This document shows positions 23,085 to 34,845 of a stretch of DNA of 64,000 nt, piece by piece; the stretch's first letter is position 1; each line of letters begins with the position of its first letter. Source of the DNA: Takakia lepidozioides. Its lineage: Eukaryota; Plantae; Bryophyta. The notes beneath the pieces were generated by a model. It did no database searches. It was given only the letters and a program-made list of their open reading frames with translations, and was not told where the DNA came from. The position numbers and the translations under genes were made by a program. The stretch spans positions 86,676,001 through 86,740,000 of the forward strand of contig CM060731.1 of assembly GCA_030704615.1 (NCBI GenBank), given 5' to 3'.

Positions 23085-24585
23085 ATACGTCCGCCAATAT
23101 TAGCGGAGGCTTAAAAGTTATTATTTTTTAAATCAAGCGACCACCCATATTGGCGGTCGCTTGTAATTTTATAATTTGTTAAATTAAGCGACCGCCTATA
23201 TTGGCGGTTGCCGGGAATTTATGAAGTTTTAAATGGAGCGACCGCCCATATTGGCGGTCGCTTACAATTTATTATATTTTAAATTAAGCGACGGTCTATA
23301 TTGGCGGTCGCTTGAAAATTATTAGTTTTAAAAATTAAGCGACCGCCCAGATTGGCAGTCGCTCGCAGTTTAAAAAATATTTTAAAACATACAGCGACCG
23401 CCATTCGCCAGCAGTCGCATATTTTAACTTTGATTCTAAAATAAAGCGACCGCCAAACTGTCCCTTCTTTAATTTTCTTAAAAAAAATGCAGCAACCGCC
23501 AAATGGCAATCGCTCGTTTTATTTTTTTAAATTTAGCGGCCGCCATTTAGCGGTAGTAGCTCTTTTTTTTCAGAAATTTAAATGAAGCGACTGCAAGTAC
23601 GGTAGTCGCTTTTTAAATATATATATATATATAGCAACCGCCAATACGGCGGTCGCTCTTTTTCGTTTTTTAAAATAATGAAGCGACCGCCACTACGGTG
23701 GTCGCTTATTTTCGTTTCTTTATTTTAAAAATGAAGCGACCGCCATATGGGGGTCGCTCTTTTTCGCTTTTTAAAAAACTGAGGTGACCGCCAATACGGT
23801 GGTCGCTCCTTTAAGTTTTTCTTTAAAAATAAATAAATTAAATAGTTAAATTTTAAAATAAGTTTTTTTTAAAAAAAAAGTGAAGCGTCCGCCATACGGC
23901 GGTCGTTCTTCTTCCCTTTTTCAGAAAGTGAAGCAATCGCCAATACAGCGGTCGCTCCTTTAAAAAAAATTAATTAAAAATTATAAAATAAAATAATTAA
24001 GTTTTTTATTTCTCAAAAAAATGAAGCGATCGCCCGATGGCGGTCACTCCTTTTTGCTTTAAAAAAAACTGAAGCGACCACCAACACGGCGGTCGCTCCT
24101 ATAAGTTTTTTTCTTAAAAATATTTTAAAAAATGAAGTTTTTTTAAAGAATAAAAAGAAGCGACCGCCCTATGGCAGTCGCTCTTTTTCAATTTTTTAAA
24201 AACTGAAGCGACCGCCATTACGGCGGTCGCTCCTTAAAGTTGTTTTTAAAAATAAAATAAAATTTTATTTATTTATTTAATAAAAAAAACTGAAGCGACT
24301 GCCATACGGCGGTCGCTCTTCTTTGCTTTTTAAGAAACTGAAGCGACCGCCAATTCGGCGGTCGCTCGTTTACGTTTTTTTTTAAAATTTCTTTATTATT
24401 ATTATTATTATTTAAAAAATGAAGCGACTGCCAATACGGCGGTCGCTCTTTTAGGTATTTTGTTTTAAATGAAACGACCACCATATGGTAGTCGTTTTTT
24501 TTGGTATTTATAAAAGATGATACGACCGCCCAATGGCGATCACTCTTTTTTGTTTATTTTAAAAATGAAGCGACCGCCTATACGA
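23085..24585. repeat. Left array of GCGACCGCC-N(3-7)-GGCGGTCGC hairpin units in AT-rich spacers (~30 copies)
   Basis: Directly visible repeated inverted motif about every 40-60 bp. Confidence 0.92.
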
Positions 24586-24639
24586 CAACGACACGTTAGT
24601 TCCGAAAATTTTGCTACTTATAAACATGAAGCGGCTTCC

Positions 24640-25850
24640 GCTACGTGATGCTCCAGCCTTCTCGAACAACTCACACGTGTAGTCGCCTACCTTGCAAAGT
24701 CTTGGCGACCACTGCCTCCACCAAGCGGTTGATGAAGTCTTTGGAAAGCTCCGTGGTCGCCGTTGTCATGTTCAACTGTCGGGGTTTCGGACATTTTTTG
24801 GCCATGTGCCTAGTCTTCCCGCAATTAAAGCACATCCCACCAAAGGTCGCCTTCTGCCCGCCATGTGTCATCGCACTTATTTTTCCTTTCTGAGCATCGG
24901 GTGCCGCCCTGGCGTGCGAAGGCCCTCCCTTCGATTTCCAATTGCCATTGCCGCCGTGTGGCTTATCCCACTTCTTTTCCGACTGGAATCAATCACATTC
25001 CCGTCGAACCTTCTTGTGGTTCAGCTCCGTACGGCCCTGTCTTACGCCCCTAAGGACATCTGAGAAGCATTCAGCCATTTCAATGGCCTCGTTCAAAGTT
25101 TTTGGTGGCCTCTCCTCCAACTTTCTCCTAGCCCATGGGACCAGTCCCGCCACAAAGTTGAAGACCATTTCTGGTTCCGCCATGTCCGCGACTTCAAGCA
25201 ACAATACATTGAAAGCTTGAACATATCCTCGAATATCATCTGTTTGCTTCAAGTTCATCATTTTGTCCCGGGCAAGCCAAGACGCGTTGAGAGGTACAAA
25301 CTATTTTTTCATGAGTTCCTTGAACTCACCCCAACTCAAGGGCTCAGGGTTTGGCCCTTGGTTATTAAGACGCTTCTGCCACCATTGTTGAGCATAGCCA
25401 CTTCCATCCAATCCTCGTCACTCAGCTTGGCCGCCCGGAAGTACTGCTCCAGCTCCAAGAGCCATGTATTGAGTGCCTTCCGATTTTGGATGCCCTCGAA
25501 GGTGCCGGGTTCCTTAAGCTTCACCTTAAACTTTGTCTTAGTTGAAGTGGCATTAGCCGCCCTCATCACGTCTTTCAATGTCCCGCCAAACTGCGTTAGA
25601 AGGTCTTTCCAGAAAGTTGGTAGCATTAGCGGCATCTATTGGACTAGCGGGTCTCTCAGAGAGTCCCTGCTCTGACTCCCCAAATGTCCTTGCTATTGAG
25701 CGGCCTCACTTTCAGAAGCATAAATAGCCTCTTTCGTTTGCCGCTTCGGCATCGCGTCGGTCCCACCGGGCTCACTAGGATCATCGACTTTCGGGCCATT
25801 GCGCTTTCGCTTGGTCTTGCTCGGCCCCATGGTGAGGCCGATCCCAAGGG
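24640..25850 (-). pseudogene. gag: Ty3/gypsy (family C, chromovirus-like) gag, truncated
   Basis: KLKEPGTFEG...WLLELEQYF, NLKQTDDIRGYVQAF, CFNCGKTRHMAKKC. Paralogous to 62622-63700. Confidence 0.88.
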
Positions 25851-25885
25851 CGATCGTATACTGAACTCTAGGCTCTGATATCAAG

Positions 25886-26415
25886 TGTTGCGCACCTCAC
25901 TTTGGTAAACTCCCCTTCAAGTCATAGTTACTCATTTTGATGCGCGTGCCTAACTCCCAACTTGGCCGCCGGGCCAACTCGGAGCTTCGGCTTCTCACCG
26001 GGGCATAACGGTCCTCATTGCTCCCACACAAGACCCTCAAACTATCGGGCCCAATGGAAATTCCCTTTGGTTGATGGCAGTCCGGAATAGCTTCCCACAC
26101 CTTTGTCGCTTTCCGGCTCGCTTGCTTACTCACTAGCTTTTGGTCACTCAACAGGCTTGCACTGTTCTCGGGGTTACTACTCCCTATATATATATTTCTG
26201 TAGGTGTCGACGAGGGTTTTGCAAATAGCCAAGTCGTTTTATGGTGAACCACCACCAAGACCCTCGATTTCCTGTGATGAGTCACGGTGAGTCTTGGCCC
26301 ACTTGGTACAACGGCCCCAATGGACCGTGATGAGCCCCTAATGTTGCCACTACCCTTTCCACAGGGGCAGCCCCTCTTGTGTTCCAACCCCCCCCCAAGG
26401 CAAAAGGCCGCAACA
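25886..26415 (-). mobile_element. 5' LTR of family C (internally deleted), with a mutated tRNA-iMet PBS at ~25871-25883
   Basis: On the minus strand TGTTGCGG...CGCAACA is followed by TGATATCAGAGC. Homologous to 61841-62566. Confidence 0.85.
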
Positions 26416-29400
26416 ATTCGAAATTCATTCAATGGCCCAACGGACGGTTGCCCATCCAGATGAGTTTTGTTTGCTTTCAAACTTGAGGCCAGTATGTTCC
26501 ACATATCATAAGACGGGTCCCAGTGTAATATGAGATGAAATAAAATTCGTTCGATGGGCCAACGGATGGATGCCCATCCAAATGATTTTGGTTCGCTTTG
26601 AAACTTCCGCAGCGTCTTTAGAATACCGTCTCATACGTCCCTGAGTAATATGAGATGAAACGAATTTTTTTAATGGGCCAACGACGCGTTCACATGTTAT
26701 CCAGTTTTATGAACAGATGTGGTTCACGCTCAACTTTAGCCCGCATGTGCTTGAATATATGTGCAACACATGCGCAGAGATTCAAGAGAAAAACAAACCA
26801 TTTGCCCCCCCCACGACGCAGTCCCGCTTCAAACAATTTTGAATTAACTCAATTTTCTTGAATTTTAATTCAATAATTAGACTTAGCCATGTCTGTGATT
26901 GCGGGTTTCTGCCACGCAATGATATTGTTTCTGGGTCAATTTTGTTCTGTGTATTCAACCCTCACACCTGTGCATCCTTCCAAAAATTTGGACAAAAAAA
27001 AAATGGAAATAAATAAATAAATAATGTTCACTTCGCTCACTATTCTAGAACTCTCTATGAAGAGTGATAGAAGTTGAAGACAAATCCACTTTGGAGTGCA
27101 AATGGGTTGCGAAAATCATGGTTTTGGGTCCAAATGACTTTTGATCGCTCCCAAATTTTGCACGCACATTGCACGTGATATCCCTACGTCAGTGGTTCAA
27201 GAATGGAGCAAAACAAAAATCATGAGCAGGTGAAACGCAGTCAAACATGTCCCGCAATCATACGAGATGAAAGGAAATCCATTCAATGGGGCAACGGATG
27301 GTTGCCCATGCAAATGATTTTTGTTTACTTTCAAACTTTGCCAGTATATTTGATACCGTGTCTTGCACGTCCCGAACGAGTACGACATCAATCAAAATTC
27401 GTTCAATGGCCCAACGGACGGTTGCCCATCTAGAAGAGTTGAGTTTTCTTTTAAACTTTGCCAGTATGTTCAACATACCATAACATGGGTCCTAGTGTAA
27501 TATGAGATGAAACAAAATTCGTTCGATGGGCCAACGGATGGATTCCCATCCAAATGATTTTCGTTCACTTTGAAACTTCCGCAGCGTCTTCAGTATACCG
27601 TCTCACATATCCCTGAGTAATATGAGATGAAACAAAATTTGTTCAATGGGCCAACGGCGCGTTCACCTGTCATGGAGATAGAGAGTTCTATAATAGTGAG
27701 CGAAGACAACATTTTTTATTTTATTTTTCAGTTTTGTTTGAGTGCATGAAGTTGAAGACAAATCCACTTTGGAGTGCAAATGAGGCGCGAAATCGTGGTT
27801 TAGTATCCAAATGACTTTTGATTGCTCCCAAAGTTTGCATGCACATTGCATATGTTGTCGTCAAGCCAGTGGTTCAAGAATAGAGTCAAGAACAAATCAT
27901 GAGCAGACGAAATGCAGCCCAACAGGTCCAGGAGTCATACGAGATGAAACGAAATTCATTCGATTGGACAACGGATGGTTGGCCATCTGAATGATTTTTG
28001 TTTCCTTTCAAACTTTGTCAGTATGTTTGGTACGCTGTCTCACAGGTCCCGTACGAGTATGACATCAATCGAAATTTGTTCAATGGCCCAATGGACGGTT
28101 GCCCATCTAGATGAGTTTGGTTTGCTTTCAAACTTTGCCAGTATGTTCAACATACCATAAGACGGGTCCCAGTGTAATATGAGATGAAACGAAATTTGTT
28201 TGATGGGCCAACGAATGGATGCCCATCCAAATGATTTTGGTTCGCTTCGAAACTTCCGCAACGTCTTCAATATACCGTCTCACAGGTCCCTGAGTAATAT
28301 AAGATGAAACGAAATTCGTTCAATGGGCCAACGGCGCGTTCACCTAACATGAAGTTTTGCTCATTGCGAAAAAGAATAGCGGTCGAATGGTTGACCATCC
28401 AAATGATTTTTGTTTGCTTTCAAACTTTGTCACTATGTTCAACATACCATGTATCAGGTCCCGGACTAATATGAGATGAAACGAAATTTATTCGATGGCT
28501 GAAGAGATGGTTGCCCATCCAGATGATTTTGGTTCGCTTTCAGACTTTGCCAGTGTGTTCAATGTTCCATCTAAGAGGTCCCAGAGTAATATGAGATGAA
28601 ATGAAATTCGTCCAATGGGCCAACGGAGGGTTGCCCATCCAAATGATTTTCGTTCGTTTCGAAACTTGGTCAGTATGTCCAATGTACCATCTGACAGGTC
28701 CCAGAGTAATATGAGATCAATCGAAATTTGTTCAATGGGCCAATGAGGCGTTCACGTGTCATCCAATTTTATTCATTACGATAAAGAAATCCTGTCGTGG
28801 GTGAACGAGTAATGCACCCATTGAACGGATGAGGTTGAGGCCCATCTTTTGCCCGCACGTGCTTGAATATGTGTGCAACACATGTGCGGAGAAACAAGAG
28901 AAGCAACAAACATTTGCCTCCCCAACCACGCCCTCGCCCTTCCACCAATTTGCAGTTACATTACGTTTAAATGAATTTCAAGCAAATAAATAGATTTACA
29001 TTGTCTTTGATTGGGGTTTTATGCTACGTAACGGTTTTATTTTTTGCTCAATCTTGTTCTCTGGCTTCAACCCTCTCACCGCTACATCCCTACAAAAATT
29101 TGGACCAAACAAAAATGATTTTTTAAAAAAGTATTCTCTTCGCTCACTATTGCTGAACTCTCTATGAAGAGTGCATGAAGTAGAAAACAAATCAAGTTTG
29201 GAGTGCAAATTAGGGAAGAAACTATGGTTTTGGGTCCTAATGACTTTTGTTCGCTATGAAATTTCGCACGCACGTTGTATATGCCGTCATTAGACATATG
29301 GCTAAAAAATCGGAATGAAAAAAAAAACATGTGCACCCGAAACGCCGTCCAACAAGTCCCAGAGTAATAGCACATCAAACAGAATTCATCCAACGGTTGA

Positions 29401-30760
29401 ACGGATGGTTATCCATCCAAATCATTTTTGTTTCCTTTCAAACTTTGCCAGTACGTTCGGTACACCCTCTCACAGGTCCCGGACTAATATGAGATCAATC
29501 GAAATTCATTCGATGGCTGAACGGATGGTTGCCCATCCCAACGATTTTGGTCCGCTTTCAAACTTTGCCAGTGTGCTCAATGTACCATCTAAGAGGTCTC
29601 AGAGTAATATGAGATGAAAGGAAATTCGTTCAATGGGCCAACGGATGATTGCCCATCCAAATGATTTTCGTTCGCTTCAAGACTTGGCCAGTATATCCAA
29701 TGTACCATCTGACAGGTCTCAGAGTAATATGAGATCAATCGAAATTCATTCAATAGGCCAATGAGGCGTTCATGTGTAATCCAATTTGTTCATTGCGAAA
29801 AAAAAATCCTGTCATGGGTGAACGGCCACTGCACCCATTGAACGGATGAGGTTGAGGCCCATTTTTTGCCCGCTTGTGCTTGAATATGTGTGCAACACAT
29901 GTGAGGAGAACCACTAGAAGAAACAAACATTTGTCTCCCCAACCATGCTCTCGCCCTTCCACCAATTTATAATTAAATTTAGTTTAAAGGAATTTCAAGC
30001 AAATAAATAGGTTTACATTGTCTTTGATTGGGGTTTTCTACTACGTAACAATTTTATTTTTTGCTCAATCTTGTTCTCTGGCTTCAACCTTCCCACCGCT
30101 CCATCCCTACAAAATTTGGGACCAAATAAAAATGATTTTTTTAAAAGTATTATCTTCGCTCACTATTACAGAACTCTATATGAAGAATGCATGAAGTAGA
30201 AGACAAATCAAGTTCGGAGTGCAAATTAGGGGAAAAATTGTGGTTTTGGATCCTGATGACTTTTGTTCGTTATGAAAATTTGCACGCACGTTGCATATGC
30301 CGTTATTAGACATATGACTAAAAAATAGAATGAAAAAAAATCATGTGCACCCGAAACGCCATCCAATAGGTCCCAGAGTAATAGCACATCAAACGGAATT
30401 CATGCAACGATTGAACGGATGGTCGCCCATCCAAATCATTTTTGTTTGTTTTCAAACTTTGCTAGTACGTTTGGTACACCCTCTCACAGGTCCCGGACTA
30501 ATATGAGATCAATCCAAAATTCATTCGATGGCTGAACGGATGGTTGCCCATCCGAACGATTTTGGTTCGCTTTCAGACTTTGTCAGTGTGCTCAATGTAC
30601 CATCTAAGAGGTCCTAGAGTAATATGAGATGAAACAAAATTCGTTCAATGGGCCAACGGATGGTTGCCTATCCAAATGATTTCGTTCGCTTCGAGACTTG
30701 GCCAGTATGTCCAATGTACCATCTGACAGGTCCTAGAGTAATATGAGATCAATCGAAATT
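26416..30760. repeat. 120-bp satellite-like units in blocks of up to ~4, forming a ~1.02-kb higher-order repeat
   Basis: TAATATGAGAT at 26526/26646, 27498/27618, 28467/28587/28707, 29485/29606/29726 and 30499/30620/30739. Block period is 1018 and 1014 bp. Confidence 0.9.
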
Positions 30761-31236
30761 ATATTGTGCTTCGTTAACTTTGTGGGTATGTTCTTTATAC
30801 GTAAATCGAATTTTCAACATGATTATGAAATACGAGACTAGGCGAAATTTGTCAGGAAGACGAGCGTTCGTAACTCGTTATAACTTATTGGTTAACATCC
30901 ATTTTCCTTGTTGCCCATCTTTCAGAGTTCATTGCAGATACCCACATACACATCATGACCAAATATTACACTATTGTAAATCTGAGGATGAACCACTTCT
31001 TCCTCATCACATGAGTGCAAAACCGGAACAAAACGCGTTACGATGTTCATGCAATTGAAATTTGCTGGTGCCGCACATGTGTATTAACAAAATTGGTGCA
31101 TATACAAAATTGGCGGAGTGCGTACTACGTTGCTACTCATTCGAATCCTTGTCGTCACTGTCCGGGGACAAGAGATGTGATGTTGTGGCCTGATTTGCAC
31201 TGCCAATACGGAGAGCCTGGGACCGTGATCTCGTGG

Positions 31237-32154
31237 TCAATGAGGGGCCCAATGACATGTGATCAATTCTGACCAGCATCCGCTTACTTTGCGGTGAAAG
31301 TTTACTTTCTTATAGAATATCACGACGTGACGAGGGTCAAAGACGTCCGTAATTCCGGCAATGATGCGGTCAATACTGCGATCTGGCATTGTAAACTCCG
31401 CGGACATGTCCACGTCGTTCGCTCGAACGTCATTGTGGACAGTGCCTTCATTGTTTCGAGGCGTGTTTTGCAATGTACCCTCCAACTCGGCTATGCGTAG
31501 TCTTTGTCATTCCACAAGGTCCTGCAGGGTTCGGACTCGCTGTTTTATTTCCACCAGTTCATCCTCTAACGTTCCAGATACTTGTTGCACCGGTGCCTCG
31601 GGCACGCCCAGTATCATAGCCTGGGGTACCGGTGCTTCGCGCACGCCCAGTATCGTAGCCGGGGGTGTTCCAAACGTGTTCGAGATGTCGACGAAATGGT
31701 ATAGCATCATTGCGTTCCTCCTACTAGCAGTTTGTCAATTTACTGGACGCTATAATATCACCTCTACGTACAACATGGCTGCCAAGGTGTACGAGATTTA
31801 GCCCTTTAAGAGTGGTTCACCCCACAACGTGCAATGCACCTTAGTCGCCCTATGCTGGAAATGCAAGTTCATGCAAGACCTAGAGTCCGTGCAATTGTTT
31901 TTGGTTTGCACCACATGCCTAGGTTTAGGCCACAATTGATTGATGTGACACCATTTCACGATTTTTTTGTATCTCGTGCTCGGCCACTTGAACTCTTCCG
32001 GAAAATCCTCCCATCCCTCTTCTGCTAGTATGCTAGGGTCATCATATACTTCCCAATTCAAGTCATGCCTTGACCATTTGATTTTCATAAGGGGCAGTCC
32101 ATGTTCATAGGGGTCATCTCTTCCAGGACGCTCATCATCCTGGCCCTCTGCCAT
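31237..32154 (-). pseudogene. Orphan ~305-codon reading frame with internal stops, including a coiled-coil segment
   Basis: ORFs 32154-31798, 31710-31507 and 31485-31237 are all in one frame; EDELVEIKQRVRTLQDLVE*QRLRIAELEGTLQ is heptad-like. Confidence 0.55.
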
Positions 32155-32550
32155 TTTGTAACAATCGGAGCAACCCTAAACGACGTTTACTAATAAGTAA
32201 CGGAAAGTTAAACACTACTGAAGCAAACGTGGAAATGGCTAAGAATTAAGGAACTGCAATCTCAATCGAAAAATTACAATTGACCATAAACCCTTAACAC
32301 GAAACGGGTTTGAATAAGTGCCATAATAGTTATTAAAAGCTAATTTTGTAGAATGAAATGTTCCCGGAAGCCAGAGGAGGGGCTATAGGAGTATTCTGCA
32401 ACGACTTCACAGAAATTGCGGCAAAAAAATCCCCCTCAGCCAATGGCCTCCTTCTCCACGTGACTACGTGTCATGGAATAGTTACATGCCACGTACACAT
32501 AAGTTGTGTGGAGAGGAAGTGAGGGGAGGATGAGCCTCCCTTGGCTTATT

Positions 32551-32583
<33 letters not shown>

Positions 32584-32627
32584 CCCCCTTCTCATTCCTC
32601 GGTCCACGCGTAAGGCACACCTTCTAG

Positions 32628-33645
32628 AAACGACCGCCACTATGGCGGTCGCTATATTTAAAAAAAAACAACAAATAAACGACCGCCAGTAATTGTGGTC
32701 GCTCTATTTAAACATTAAACAAATAAAAGCGACTGCAATAACGACGGTCGCTCTATTAAAAGAAACAAAAAAATAAAAATTGACCGCCATTACTGGCAGT
32801 CGCAACATTTTCAGAAATTAAAAATATACAAGCGACCACCAATAATGGCGGTCGCTCTATTTAAGAAAATAAAAATAAAAGCGACCGCCATAATTGGCGA
32901 TCGCAACATTTTCAAAAATTAAAATATACAAGCGGCCGCCAGTAATGGCCGTCGCTCTATTTAAAAAAAATAAAAAACAAAAGCGACCACCAATAATGGC
33001 GGTCGCTCTATTTTTGTTTTAAGAGAAAAATGCGACCGCCATTACTGGCGGTCGCTGCATTTTCAGAAATTAAAAATATACAAGCGACCGCCAGTAATGG
33101 CGGTCGCTCTATTTTAAAAAATAAAAAATAAAAACGATCGTCATTACTGGCGGTCGCTTCATTTTTAGAAATTAAAAATATATAAGCGACCACCAGTAAT
33201 GGCGGTCGCTCTATGTAAAAAAATTAAAAATAAACGGGACCGCCATTACTGGCGGTCGCTGCATTTTCTGAAATTAAAGACATTTTAATATTTTAAATAC
33301 TTTTAAAATAAAGCGACCGCCATATTATGGCGGTCGCTGGTTTTTTTAAATATTTTTTTAAGATAAAGCGACCGCCATATTATGGTGGTCGCTGGTTTTT
33401 TTCTTTAAATTTGTAAAATAAAGCGACCGCCATATTATGGCGGTCGCTTGTTTTTTATATATCATTGAAAACAAGCGACTGCCAATTCTGGCGGTCGCTT
33501 GTTTTTTATATATTTTCAAAATTATGCGACCGCCAATACGGAGGTCGCTATTTTTCTTTTTTAAATTAGACGACCGCCACTGCGACCGCCAATTTTATTA
33601 TTTTTATATATATTTTTAAAGCGAACGCCATGTTGGCGGTTGCTC
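32628..33645. repeat. Right array of GCGACCGCC-N-GGCGGTCGC hairpin units (~20 copies)
   Basis: Same motif as 23085-24585. Confidence 0.92.
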
Positions 33646-33932
33646 TTATTTATAAAATTCCGAAATATAAAGCTTTCATTTTATTATTTTCAAAATATAT
33701 TTGTCACGTCGCCGACACCACTATGTCGGTGACGTGGCTGCTTAAATGGCAATATTTTACCTGATATTTTTTTTTACTAGAATATTCCCGGAACCTAACG
33801 TGACGGAGGTCTCGTCAATGTCAAGTCAGACGTGACTTGACGCTGATAACCGAGCTTCCATGCTCCTTGGACGATGGGTCATTGTTGTGCGGCAGCAGGT
33901 GGAAGTGTGGAGCCCCACTAGCTTCAACCAAC

Positions 33933-34800
33933 AGATACCGTTGGTTTATGACTTAGACAAAACAGACTATTAACACTACTGCCCATTTTCTAAGACATGC
34001 AACAGAGGTTGTCCGACGGTATGCTTTCAGAAACGATTACGAAGTAATCGTTTTAAGGATAGCTAAACCATGAACGTCGGATGAAGCCATATCCCTGCAG
34101 GCTGCTTAATCCTATTGATTAAGCCCAATCTACAGTCTCTTTAGCATAAAAGATCTTAGTCGAAAGGACTGAAGCCTCTTGGTTCATACAAACCGATGGT
34201 AGTAAAGAGAAAACAAGAACTATTTTGAGATGATACACATTCTCACCATCTCACGTTCTCTCATAATGCACATTCTCTCCATCTCACATTCACTCTACAC
34301 AGAGATACTTCGAATAGCATGGCTTTACTTCAGACCTTGTCACATCATCACAGAACAACAGAGAATCACTCCGAGTCCCTCTAAATACACATTGACACTG
34401 ATACTCATACTGCACACTCTCTAAGTTGCGTGCAGTCTTTTTATACTATGCTCGAAAAAGCCGCTACAGCCTTCGGTCGTTAATGATCGTTTGCCTAACT
34501 GCCTGCGCAACCTAAAAGGTTTGCTAAAAAATGGCTCGTTGCAGTGGTCGTGAGCCATAGTGGTAAACGGTCCACTACTCCCTCTATTGGTTAAAGCCGA
34601 TGCTAACGTGACCGTGCAATATCGTGGTTCACGGCTCACGGTTACTACACTACCCACTACTGCTCTCGTGGTAATGTACCCTTGTCCCGCCATTGGCTAA
34701 GTACTGAGTACTTAGCCGTCTCTGCCTGTGACTCAGGTAGTGTACGTCCATCACTACCCGGTATGTCTCGTTGTGACCCTCGTTGTCTGTCCCATTTATC
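33933..34800 (-). mobile_element. 3' LTR of a minus-strand Ty3/gypsy (family B)
   Basis: Highly similar to the solo LTR at 60339-61194. Preceded on the minus strand by a polypurine tract. Confidence 0.85.
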
Positions 34801-34822
34801 CCCCCCCCCCCCCCCCTCTTTT
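34801..34822 (-). promoter_or_regulatory. Polypurine tract (PPT)
   Basis: AAAAGAG followed by a long G run on the minus strand, abutting the 3' LTR. Confidence 0.8.
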
Positions 34823-34845
34823 GAAATTGTGTCCGCACAAATTTG

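Larger units (their letters stand above)
22893..33854. mobile_element. Foldback/Mutator-like non-autonomous DNA element, ~11 kb, with nested inserts
   Basis: 9-bp TSD CTTCCATGC at 22884-22892 and 33855-33863. Termini CTAGTTATCA / TGATAACCGAG. ACGTGAC subterminal repeats and matching palindrome arrays near both ends. Confidence 0.8.

Noticed and set aside
23085-24585. CRISPR-like array (palindromic repeats with spacers)
   Set aside because: Spacers are low-complexity A/T tracts related to each other, the repeats are degenerate, there are no cas genes, the context is eukaryotic, and the array is mirrored at the other end of a TSD-bounded transposon.
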